From Dehalococcoidia bacterium (GTDB lineage Bacteria; Chloroflexota; Dehalococcoidia; Plut-88900): 32,000 nt of DNA. The DNA lies in the NCBI GenBank assembly GCA_965197645.1, contig OZ240219.1, positions 1,658,943 through 1,690,942 of the forward strand, read 5' to 3'. The notes beneath the pieces are model-generated. The model worked only from the letters and a program-made list of their open reading frames with translations. It made no database searches and had not been told where the DNA came from. Each line of letters opens with the position of its first letter. Position 1 is the first letter of the stretch. The translations under genes and the position numbers were made by a program. Shown piece by piece: positions 18,371-25,948 of this stretch.

Positions 18371-19288
18371 TCAGACCTTGATCGGCGATGGCACGTGGGC
18401 ATCCGCAAGGATGGCGGTGAGACTTCCGATCGCTTCTTCCGCTTCCGAGGGGGTCAGGTCCCGCAGCGGCGGCCTGACGAAGCTCAAGGGCAGCCCGGCG
18501 AAGTATCCCAAGGCGTGCTTGATGGCGCTGTGGGATGGATATCTGTCGAGGGTCCTCCTTATCTCCGAGAGGCGGTCTTGAGTGGAAGTCGCAGGCTTCC
18601 CTTCCTTCACACTGTGAAAGATCGATTTCAAGATGTGAGGGAATACATTGGCGGCTGCGCTTACGTTGCCCTTGGCGCCCGATAAGGCGGCCTGCTCCAC
18701 GTACAGATCCGTGCCGCTGAAAATGCTGAGCTCCGGGAACCGCTCGATGAAGTGCCGGGTCTGATCGATGCTGCCGGAGGTGTCCTTGACTCCCAGCAGC
18801 ATCGAGGGATACCGCTCCAGCAGGGCCTCTATGACCGGGTCCGTGATCTCGACTCCCGATAGCTTGGGTATGTTGTACAGGGCCACCTTCCCATCCGAGG
18901 GCAGCGAATTGAAGATGGCGCCATAGTACTCGATCAGGCCTTTGTCGGACAGGCCTTTGAAGTAGAAGGGCGGCACGACCAAGACCGCGTCGGCGCCCTG
19001 TCCCAGTGCGTACCGGGATAGCTCGATGGTCTCCGGTAGGGCGCTGCATCCGGTGCCAGCCATAACTCCCAGGTCCCCTCGATTCGCCAGCACGGTGTCT
19101 ATAACCGCCCTTCGTTCACCGAAGCTGAGCGATGGGCCTTCGCCATTGGTCCCGCTGATGAGGACGGCGTCCGCCCCGTTCTTCCTTAGGTACTCAAGGT
19201 GCGCAGGTATCCAGTCCAAGTCTACGTTCTCTCCGCCCTTGGTGAAGGGGGTGACCGTCGCCACTATGACGCCTCTTATCTTTGACAA
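18371..19288 (-). CDS. DapA/DHDPS-family lyase paralogue (specific activity unknown)
   Basis: VIVATVTPF, SGTNGEG, VVPPFYFK and LYNIPKLSG fit the class I aldolase DHDPS/NAL family. The ORF track starts at a TTG at 19321. I prefer the in-frame TTG at 19288 (MSKIRGVIV...) because AAGGAG (19302-19297) lies 8 nt upstream. Confidence 0.75.
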   Translation of the reverse strand: MSKIRGVIVATVTPFTKGGENVDLDWIPAHLEYLRKNGADAVLISGTNGEGPSLSFGERRAVIDTVLANRGDLGVMAGTGCSALPETIELSRYALGQGADAVLVVPPFYFKGLSDKGLIEYYGAIFNSLPSDGKVALYNIPKLSGVEITDPVIEALLERYPSMLLGVKDTSGSIDQTRHFIERFPELSIFSGTDLYVEQAALSGAKGNVSAAANVFPHILKSIFHSVKEGKPATSTQDRLSEIRRTLDRYPSHSAIKHALGYFAGLPLSFVRPPLRDLTPSEAEEAIGSLTAILADAHVPSPIKV

Positions 19289-19325
19289 GGTGCCGGCTCC
19301 TTTACCTCTACTCGAATCCAATGCC

Positions 19326-19355
19326 TTGACCCGTTAGAACACCGACAATTATAAT
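19326..19355 (+). promoter_or_regulatory. Sigma-70-type promoter for mtaB-like gene
   Basis: TTGACC (19326-19331), an 18-nt spacer, then TATAAT (19350-19355). The ATG at 19373 is about 11 nt from the predicted TSS, with no SD visible. Confidence 0.5.
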
Positions 19356-19372
19356 ATGCCGAACCTCGGACC

Positions 19373-20764
19373 ATGAAAGCCTCCCCTCCGTCCGCACCGA
19401 ACCCCGTTAGAGTGGCCGTAGCCACCCACGGCTGCAAGCTCAACCAGGCGGAATCCGATTCCATCAGCCGATCCTTCAGCGAGGCCGGTTGCCAAGTTGT
19501 CGATCCCAAGGGGCAGGCCGACATCTACGTCCTGAATACCTGCTCGGTGACCCACGTGGCCGAGAGCAAGGCCCGAAGATGGCTTCGCTCGGCTCATCAC
19601 AGGAACCCTCAAGCCTCGATAATCGCCACGGGGTGCTACTCGTCCCGGGCCGAGGAGGAGTTGGAGGGACTCGAAGGAGTTAGTCTGGTTGTAGGCAACC
19701 AAGACAAAGGTCGGCTAGCCGAGATCGTTGAGATTTCTGGACTGCTGGAGAAGCACGGCTCCCTGCCCATCTCGACGGGCACAACTAACCCATTCGCATC
19801 GCCGCTTCATCGTACCAGGGCGGCGGTCAAGATCCAGGACGGGTGCAACCAGTTCTGCGCTTTCTGTGTGGTCCCTCTCACACGGGGAAGAGAGTCCAAT
19901 CTGCCCATGGACGACGTGATAGAGCTGGTGAGAAGCAAGGTCGAGGAGGGTTACAAAGAGGTAGTGTTGACCGGCCCTCAGATCGGCTCTTATGGGCTTT
20001 ACCCCCCGACCGCCGAGGCCCGCAAGGACTACGATTCATATGACGGGCGTCTTCACAGGCTTATCGAAAGGGTCCTCGGCGAGACCGAGATAGAGCGCCT
20101 GCGCATCTCTTCCATCCAGCCCCAGGACCTCACCGATAGCCTACTCAGGACGTGGGAAGACCCGAGGCTCTGCCGGCATGTCCATATGGCTCTTCAAAGC
20201 GGCAGCGATGCCGTCCTCCAGCGAATGCGCCGCAGATATCGCTCCCCCCAGTACCGGGAGGCGGTGGAGCGTTTGAGGGAGGCTGTACCGGGCATAGCCA
20301 TAACCACCGACGTAATTGTGGGATTTCCTCAGGAGACCGACAAGGAGTTCGACGAGGGATACCAGTTCTGCCTGGAGATGGGCTTTGCAGGGATGCACGT
20401 GTTCCCCTATTCCCCCAGGCCCGGCACCTCCGCCGCAGAGATGCAGAGCGGGCTGCCTGAATCCGATAAGAAGTACAGGCTAGACAGGATGCTCGCCCTC
20501 GCCCACGATAGCGCTTCCCGATTCCGCAGGTCCTTCATTGGTCAGAAGTTCGGCGTACTCTGGGAGGATCAGGAACAGATAGCAGAGCGTTCAATGTGGT
20601 CCGGTCTGACCGATAACTACATTCGGGTCTACTCCGACGATGAGAGACTATCCACCAACCAGATCACATCGACCCTACTGACGACACAGTTGGACAACGG
20701 ATTGCTGGGTGTTCCGGACGTGAACGTCGAGTCCATGTCCGGCGTAAGAGTAAGCCTGAACTGA
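19373..20764 (+). CDS. mtaB: MiaB-family radical SAM methylthiotransferase, MtaB-like
   Basis: 463 aa. N-terminal UPF0004 domain with three Cys (THGCKLNQ, LNTCSVT, ATGCYS), a radical SAM CNQFCAFC, and a C-terminal TRAM-like region. The subfamily (MtaB versus MiaB or RimO) is inferred from the N-terminal pattern only. Confidence 0.75.
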   Translation: MKASPPSAPNPVRVAVATHGCKLNQAESDSISRSFSEAGCQVVDPKGQADIYVLNTCSVTHVAESKARRWLRSAHHRNPQASIIATGCYSSRAEEELEGLEGVSLVVGNQDKGRLAEIVEISGLLEKHGSLPISTGTTNPFASPLHRTRAAVKIQDGCNQFCAFCVVPLTRGRESNLPMDDVIELVRSKVEEGYKEVVLTGPQIGSYGLYPPTAEARKDYDSYDGRLHRLIERVLGETEIERLRISSIQPQDLTDSLLRTWEDPRLCRHVHMALQSGSDAVLQRMRRRYRSPQYREAVERLREAVPGIAITTDVIVGFPQETDKEFDEGYQFCLEMGFAGMHVFPYSPRPGTSAAEMQSGLPESDKKYRLDRMLALAHDSASRFRRSFIGQKFGVLWEDQEQIAERSMWSGLTDNYIRVYSDDERLSTNQITSTLLTTQLDNGLLGVPDVNVESMSGVRVSLN

Positions 20765-21891
20765 TGGGGACCGGATTGCGGCTTTCCCCTCTTCTGCTGA
20801 TTGTAGCAGCCCTCATCGCGGCCGCCTGTAGCGGGGACCCAGAGGAGCCCGAGACGCCGACGGCGGAAACATCTACGCCGACCGCCATCGCTACCTCGAC
20901 TCCAACTCCTACAGCGACGCCAACCCCAACTGCCCAGCCTGTGTCCGCCTCATTGCTGCCGTATACCAGTGATGCCCACGGCGCGACACTGATGGCCCCA
21001 GAAGGCTGGGTGGCGTACGAAGGCAACCCAGACGTACTGACCATCACCAATCCAACTGGCATTGCCGGCATAGAGATCAGGTTCAGCACCTTTCTCGCCG
21101 AACCGACCCCGGCCCAGTTCGATGAATTTGTCAGCCTGAGAATACTATCCTTACAAGCGGAGGTCCCCGGGTTCGAGGAGGTCTCGAGGGAGCGGCTCAC
21201 CGACCCGCCCGGATTCATCATAGCGTACACCTCCGATGAAACGGGAACTGTAGTCCTGTATACGTACAGTGGCGCCAGAGGCGTGGAGGCCGTGGCCACT
21301 ACCGAGCGGGTCTTCTTCTCAAACTTCCGGTCGCTGTTTGAGCAGGTGTTGAGATCTTTGTCCCTGGCGGCCACTCCCCCCGCTCCCACCCCGACACCCG
21401 GCCCCACCGCTTCTCCAACTCCTACGCCCATACCAACCCCCCTGTCCACCATAGCACCGGGACGCTACACCAACGATCAGTTCGGCTTCACCTTGGAGGT
21501 CCCGCTGGGCTGGGGCCTGCTGGCGCCTGCGAAAGAGGATGAGGTGCGGTTCATAGGACCGGAACGCGTCATCGTGCAGGTGTTGACCGGCCGCACAGCT
21601 GCGGGAATGAGCAACGCCGACTTCTCTCAGGCGTTGGTCGAGAGCCGGTACGAGCCGCTAGCCGGATTCAACATCGAATCGGAAGATGACGTGACCCATG
21701 GAAACCTGGCGGGCCGCGAGCTTCGATTCACGGCCAGTACGGGGTTGGGCGGGGCTACTCAAAAGTACCTGGTGCTGGTCACGAAACGAGGGATAAGGGC
21801 CTACGTGATAGAGGCCATCGGTCCGGAATCGGCCTTCGAAGACTACGGGGCGGAGATAGAGGCCTTAGTCTCCAGCTTCCGCCTGCGATGA
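20764..21891 (+). CDS. Hypothetical two-domain lipoprotein with Pro/Thr linkers
   Basis: 375 aa. Signal peptide plus the lipobox IAAAC (Cys22). PT-rich linkers at residues 28-59 and 202-227 each precede a globular module of about 140 aa. The ATG overlaps the mtaB stop (TGATG at 20762-20766). Confidence 0.65.
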   Translation: MGTGLRLSPLLLIVAALIAAACSGDPEEPETPTAETSTPTAIATSTPTPTATPTPTAQPVSASLLPYTSDAHGATLMAPEGWVAYEGNPDVLTITNPTGIAGIEIRFSTFLAEPTPAQFDEFVSLRILSLQAEVPGFEEVSRERLTDPPGFIIAYTSDETGTVVLYTYSGARGVEAVATTERVFFSNFRSLFEQVLRSLSLAATPPAPTPTPGPTASPTPTPIPTPLSTIAPGRYTNDQFGFTLEVPLGWGLLAPAKEDEVRFIGPERVIVQVLTGRTAAGMSNADFSQALVESRYEPLAGFNIESEDDVTHGNLAGRELRFTASTGLGGATQKYLVLVTKRGIRAYVIEAIGPESAFEDYGAEIEALVSSFRLR

Positions 21892-21898
21892 AGGTGGC

Positions 21899-22738
21899 CT
21901 AGGTTACCTTTACTTCCCTCAGGTAGACCTTACCGTTCCTGCGCTCCAGGTACCCGGTTGCCTTTTCCGTGCTGTGGGAAAAGATCAGCAGCCACCCTTC
22001 GTCCTCAGCCTGTTCCAGGATGTCCCGCTTGACCTTAAGCGTGTCCATCGGATACATGTCGAACGCCGGGATGTAGGGGAGGGGAAGGTGATGGTTGGTG
22101 GAGATGAGGTCTCCCAGGATTGCAGCTTTACGTCTACCGTTGCCGACAACTATGACCTGGTGGCCTCCGGAGTGACCGCCGGTGATCTTGGCCAGGACCC
22201 CGTTGACCAGCTCGCTGTCGCCATCGATTAGTTCCAGCTGACCCTTTTCATTGAGGGGCTCGAAGTCATCCTTGTGGTAGGCGGCGGCATTTCTCTCGTT
22301 GGGATTCATCGCCTCTTCCCAGTCGGTCTTCTGCACAATGTACTTGGCCTTGGGGAAGGTGCACACTACGTTCCCTTTGCTATCGAACCGGGTGGCGCCG
22401 CCTACGTGATCGAAGTGCAGGTGGGTGAGGATAACCATATGGATATCTTTGGGGGTCAGCCCGTACTGTTTCAGGCCGCGTTGCAGCTTACCCGCCGAGA
22501 TACCGTAGATATCCTTAACCTTGTCCGGCTCTTTTTTCCCTACCCCGGTGTCCACCAGTATATTGGTGCCGTTCGACTGGATCAGAAGGCAGTTGAGGCC
22601 CATTTGGACCCGGTTTCTTCTATCCGCTCGAACCTTCCGCTCCCACAGGGGTTTGGGTACGACTCCGAAAAGGGCGCCAGCGTCCATCTTGAAAGTGCCG
22701 TCGCTGACGACGTGGACGTTAAGGCTGCCAAGTCTCAT
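21899..22738 (-). CDS. Metallo-beta-lactamase-fold hydrolase
   Basis: 279 aa with the HxHxDH motif THLHFDHVGG and later His/Asp ligands. AGGAGG lies upstream of the ATG. Confidence 0.8.
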   Translation of the reverse strand: MRLGSLNVHVVSDGTFKMDAGALFGVVPKPLWERKVRADRRNRVQMGLNCLLIQSNGTNILVDTGVGKKEPDKVKDIYGISAGKLQRGLKQYGLTPKDIHMVILTHLHFDHVGGATRFDSKGNVVCTFPKAKYIVQKTDWEEAMNPNERNAAAYHKDDFEPLNEKGQLELIDGDSELVNGVLAKITGGHSGGHQVIVVGNGRRKAAILGDLISTNHHLPLPYIPAFDMYPMDTLKVKRDILEQAEDEGWLLIFSHSTEKATGYLERRNGKVYLREVKVT

Positions 22739-22802
22739 TGACGGCCTCCTGAATGTGTAGGAATAGATGGGGCACTAACTATTTTCAAAAAGTATGCGAA
22801 TA

Positions 22803-22878
22803 TGGCGCGCCTGAAGGGATTCGAACCCCCGACCCTCGGTTCCGAAGACCGATGCTCTATCCACTGAGCTACAGGCGC
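22803..22878 (-). tRNA. tRNA-Arg (anticodon UCG)
   Basis: The reverse complement folds by hand into a 76-nt cloverleaf. Acceptor stem GCGCCUG/CAGGCGC, anticodon stem UCGGU/ACCGA, loop CU-UCG-GA, T-loop UUCGAAU, and an encoded CCA. Confidence 0.9.
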
Positions 22879-22917
22879 AGACGCCCTCTCCTCCAGGGCA
22901 TTCCTCTAATGAAAGAC

Positions 22918-22994
22918 TGGGGTGAGCGAGGGGATTCGAACCCCCGATCTCCAGGGCCACAACCTGGCGCCTTAACCGCTAGGCGACGCTCACC
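22918..22994 (-). tRNA. tRNA-His (anticodon GUG) with encoded G-1
   Basis: 77 nt. An extra 5' G pairs with discriminator C. Acceptor stem GUGAGCG/CGCUCAC, anticodon stem CCAGG/CCUGG, loop UU-GUG-GC, T-loop UUCGAAU, and an encoded CCA. Confidence 0.9.
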
Positions 22995-23009
22995 GGGGAA
23001 ACGAACTGA

Positions 23010-23038
23010 ATTCTAGCATCCCATCAATATCGGGTCAA
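23010..23038 (-). promoter_or_regulatory. Sigma-70-type promoter for the tRNA-His/tRNA-Arg operon
   Basis: The minus strand reads TTGACC (23038-23033), a 17-nt spacer, then TAGAAT (23015-23010). The tRNA-His 5' end lies 15 nt downstream of the -10 element. Confidence 0.6.
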
Positions 23039-23091
23039 GGTAAAGCGGTGTGAACAGAGCGGGATTTCCAGCGGGGATGGGCGATGAATCG

Positions 23092-23853
23092 CTAGCTGCT
23101 TTCTTCCCATTCCGCTTCGTTCAACACCCTGCAATCCTCGGCGGTCAAGGGGCTCTTCTTCAGCAATTCGGGCCGGTTCCGCTTGGTCTGCAGCACTGCT
23201 TGCGCCCTTCTCCACCGGGCGATCTCACCGTGATTGCCCGATAGCAGGACATCGGGGACGCCGAGACCCTGGTACTCGGGAGGGCGGGTGTACTGGGGAT
23301 GCTGCAGTAGGCCGTCGGTATGGGACTCGTCGTCCAGCGATTGGTTGGAACCGAGAACGCCGGGGATGAGCCGGACTATGGCGTCGGTGACGACCATCGC
23401 TGCCAGCTCTCCCCCGGTCAGCACGTAATCACCCAGGCTTATCTGGTGGGTGGCCAGGTGCCGGCTGACACGGGCGTCGATGCCTTCGTAGTGCCCGCAG
23501 ATCAGGACCAGGTGGCTCTCCCCTAGCAGCTCTTGGGCCATATCCTGGTTGAAAACCTGACCCTGAGGCGTCAGCAGTATTACAGGAATCTCTTTCTTTG
23601 GATTACGGATATCTCTTCTAACAGCGGATACCACGTCCTCCACCGCCTCGAATATGGGCTCGGGCTTCATCACCATCCCGGCCCCTCCTCCATAGGGGTA
23701 GTCGTCCACGGTCCTGTGCTTATCATGAGCGTAGTCCCGGATGTCGTGAAGGTGGATGCTCGTCAGGCCCGAGTCCCGAGCCCTCTTGACGATGCTTTCC
23801 TCGAAGGGTCCGGAAAACATATCGGGGAACAGGGTCAGGATGTGGATCTCCAT
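23092..23853 (-). CDS. trmD: tRNA (guanine37-N1)-methyltransferase
   Basis: 253 aa. MEIHILTLFPDMF, YPYGGGAGMV, CGHYEGIDARV and SLGDYVLTGGE are classic TrmD motifs. Confidence 0.92.
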   Translation of the reverse strand: MEIHILTLFPDMFSGPFEESIVKRARDSGLTSIHLHDIRDYAHDKHRTVDDYPYGGGAGMVMKPEPIFEAVEDVVSAVRRDIRNPKKEIPVILLTPQGQVFNQDMAQELLGESHLVLICGHYEGIDARVSRHLATHQISLGDYVLTGGELAAMVVTDAIVRLIPGVLGSNQSLDDESHTDGLLQHPQYTRPPEYQGLGVPDVLLSGNHGEIARWRRAQAVLQTKRNRPELLKKSPLTAEDCRVLNEAEWEESS

Positions 23854-23881
23854 CAGGCGCCAACCGGGGACGAACGCAGGG

Positions 23882-24376
23882 TCAACTAGGCTCCTGGTGG
23901 CTTGTCCGCCGCCCCTGCAGGAGCTCCAGAGCGTGGGGAAGAGTGGGAAGGATCGCCTCCAGACATTCTCTGACCCCCTTGGGGCTGCCGGGTAGATTGA
24001 CTATCAGGCACCGCTTCCTTATTCCGGCAGCCTGCCGGCTGAGCATGCCGTGTGGAGTCTTCTTCAGGCTGGTCGCCCTCATCACCTCGGGAAGGCCGGG
24101 AACATCCCGCTCTATGATGGAGCGGGTGGCTTCCGGAGTAACGTCCCGGGGGCTCATCCCCGTTCCCCCCGTGGTCAATGCCAGATCCACGTCTCCGCTG
24201 TCGGCCCACTCTCGGAGGATGTCGGCGATCACCTGCTGTTCATCGGGAACTACGATGTACTTGACGACCTCCCCGTCTATCCGGGGTATCATCTCCTTGA
24301 TGGCGGCGCCACTGGCGTCTTGGCGCTCGCCCTTGGCCCCAAGATCGCTGCTGGTGAGTACTCCTACGTTGAACAT
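23882..24376 (-). CDS. MogA/MoaB-family molybdenum cofactor biosynthesis protein
   Basis: 164 aa. [28 protein letters not shown] and NLPGSPKG match the MoCF_biosynth domain. Confidence 0.8.
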   Translation of the reverse strand: MFNVGVLTSSDLGAKGERQDASGAAIKEMIPRIDGEVVKYIVVPDEQQVIADILREWADSGDVDLALTTGGTGMSPRDVTPEATRSIIERDVPGLPEVMRATSLKKTPHGMLSRQAAGIRKRCLIVNLPGSPKGVRECLEAILPTLPHALELLQGRRTSHQEPS

Positions 24377-24488
24377 TTACACCTTCCGGAATCTGGATGT
24401 CCATGATATCACAGGCAGGGTTCCCTACTGCCGGGAGTATCCGGGGGGCAAACAGGGGATGTGTCGGCAAGTCCAGCTATGAGTATTA

Positions 24489-24516
24489 TTGACAAAAGAT
24501 GCACTAGTGTTAAAAT
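24489..24516 (+). promoter_or_regulatory. Promoter of the mraZ-rsmH-ftsA-ftsZ cluster
   Basis: TTGACA (24489-24494), a 16-nt spacer ending in TGt (extended -10), then TAAAAT (24511-24516). Confidence 0.65.
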
Positions 24517-24541
24517 GTGGCATTACGTGGGGATGAGTGGG
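24517..24541 (+). promoter_or_regulatory. Putative MraZ operator: three GTGG(C/G) direct repeats at 10-bp phasing
   Basis: GTGGC at 24517, GTGGG at 24527 and GTGGG at 24537, each followed by a 5-nt spacer, immediately downstream of the -10. The pattern resembles the described MraZ boxes, which are three TGGGN-type repeats at 10-bp spacing in the mraZ promoter region. Confidence 0.55.
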
Positions 24542-24561
24542 GAATTCTTTTATCTACCGTT

Positions 24562-24987
24562 ATGTTTCTTGGTGAGTACGAGTATCGTATCGACCAGAAG
24601 GGAAGGATCGCGGTGCCGCCCAGATTTCGAGAGTCCTTTGCAACTGGCATCGTAGTCACCCGCGGGTACGATAGGTGTGTGGTGGCCTACACCCTCGCCG
24701 AGTGGAACAAGGTCAGCGAGGACTACGCCTCCCTCCCCACAACGAGCGCCAGCTCTCGCAGACTCAACCGCCTCATCTTCACTAATGCCTTCAGCCTGTA
24801 TCTAGACCGGTTGGGCCGGTTCATCCTTCCTCCCTCCCTGAAGGAATACGCCCAGATTCAGGACGAAGTCGTTATTGCCGGCGTCGGGACTTACCTGGAG
24901 GTATGGGGCAGGGAGGGCTGGAGCCAGGAACGGACCGCCATGGAAGACCAGGCAGCCGAAATAGCGGAAGGACTGCATCCGGAATAG
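24562..24987 (+). CDS. mraZ: Transcriptional regulator MraZ
   Basis: The conserved N-terminus MFLGEYEYRIDQKGRIAVP starts at ATG 24562. The second SpoVT-AbrB repeat is LDRLGRFILP. The ORF-track GTG at 24517 lies inside the operator and would add 15 aa with no MraZ counterpart. Confidence 0.9.
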   Translation: MFLGEYEYRIDQKGRIAVPPRFRESFATGIVVTRGYDRCVVAYTLAEWNKVSEDYASLPTTSASSRRLNRLIFTNAFSLYLDRLGRFILPPSLKEYAQIQDEVVIAGVGTYLEVWGREGWSQERTAMEDQAAEIAEGLHPE

Positions 24988-24989
24988 GT

Positions 24990-25916
24990 ATGCAAAAGAG
25001 CTTCAGCCAGGTCCCCGTTATGGTCTCGGCGGTGCTCGAGGGACTTGACGTCAAGCCTGGAGGCCGGTATGTCGACTCTACCCTGGGGGAAGGCGGCCAC
25101 TCGGAAGCCATCCTTCGGGCCGTCCAACCGGACGGTCGAGTGCTGGGCATAGACGCCGACTCCTCTGTCGTAGAGGTAGCCAAGGGTAGGCTGCAGCAGT
25201 TCGGTCAGTCCTTCCGTGCCGTAGCCGGCAACCACTCCCGCATCGAAGAGATCTGCTCAAACGAGGACTTCCTTCCGGTTGAGGGAGTCCTCTTTGACCT
25301 GGGCGTCTCGTCTTTCCAGCTAGACAGGGCGTTGCGGGGCTTTAGCTTTCAGCGCAAGGGACCACTGGACATGAGGTTCGACACCGAACAGGCCCTGACC
25401 GCCGACGACGTGGTCAACACGTGGCCGGAGCAGGACCTGGCACGGAGCCTGAAGGAGTACGGAGAGGAGCCCCGGAGCCGCCGAATCGCCCGGGCCATCG
25501 TTTCTGCCCGCCCCATCTCTTCGACCGTGGAGCTGTCCAAGATCGTGCAACGGGAAATCCCAGGCGCCGGCAGAAGGACTCACCCTGCAACCAGGACGTT
25601 CCAGGCCTTGAGAATCGTCGTGAACCGGGAACTGGACAAGATCGCGAAAGCCCTGGACCAGGTGGCCGACCTTCTGATGACCGGAGGGCGATTGGCGGTC
25701 ATCACCTATCACTCCCTGGAGGCGAGAATCGTCAAGGACTACCTGCGCCGAGAATCGAAGGACTGCATCTGTGCACCTGAACAGCCTGTATGCACCTGTG
25801 ACCACAAGGCCACCATGGTAACGATCACCAAGAAGGCCATCGGCCCCGACGCGAGCGAAATCGAAGCAAATCCCCGCTGCAGAAGCGCCAAGCTTCGAGT
25901 GGGCCAGCGAATCTAG
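24990..25916 (+). CDS. rsmH: 16S rRNA (cytosine1402-N4)-methyltransferase
   Basis: From ATG 24990: VPVMVSAVLEGL...YVDSTLGEGGHS, FDLGVSS.QLD, TFQALRI.VN.EL and ITYHSLE are RsmH/MraW signatures. The upstream in-frame extension overlaps mraZ and is Gly/Arg-rich. Confidence 0.9.
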   Translation: MQKSFSQVPVMVSAVLEGLDVKPGGRYVDSTLGEGGHSEAILRAVQPDGRVLGIDADSSVVEVAKGRLQQFGQSFRAVAGNHSRIEEICSNEDFLPVEGVLFDLGVSSFQLDRALRGFSFQRKGPLDMRFDTEQALTADDVVNTWPEQDLARSLKEYGEEPRSRRIARAIVSARPISSTVELSKIVQREIPGAGRRTHPATRTFQALRIVVNRELDKIAKALDQVADLLMTGGRLAVITYHSLEARIVKDYLRRESKDCICAPEQPVCTCDHKATMVTITKKAIGPDASEIEANPRCRSAKLRVGQRI

Positions 25917-25948
25917 ATGGACTTCCGGGAACGGAAGGGAGGGGCGTA

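Noticed and set aside
18354-19049. 231-aa ORF on the - strand
   Set aside because: It is an out-of-frame overlap with the DapA-family gene on the same strand. The translation is Arg/Gly/Pro-rich with no motifs.
18371-19321. Second dapA as a recent duplication of the gene at 1-746
   Set aside because: The two proteins share only family-level motifs and are clearly divergent. This is a paralogue of unknown specificity, not a duplicated segment.
20845-21444. Short periodic ACnCCn repeats as a possible tandem-repeat or CRISPR-like array
   Set aside because: They are in-frame Pro/Thr codon runs forming protein linkers. There is no repeat-spacer organisation anywhere in the window.
20664-21452. 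262-aa ORF on the - strand with GVGV repeats
   Set aside because: It is the antisense reading of the Pro/Thr-linker DNA of the lipoprotein gene. The repeats are the complement of the PT codons.
22753-23016. 87-aa + strand ORF, and a 61-aa - strand ORF at 22775-22960
   Set aside because: Both are read across the two tRNA genes, and the region is fully explained by tRNA-Arg and tRNA-His.
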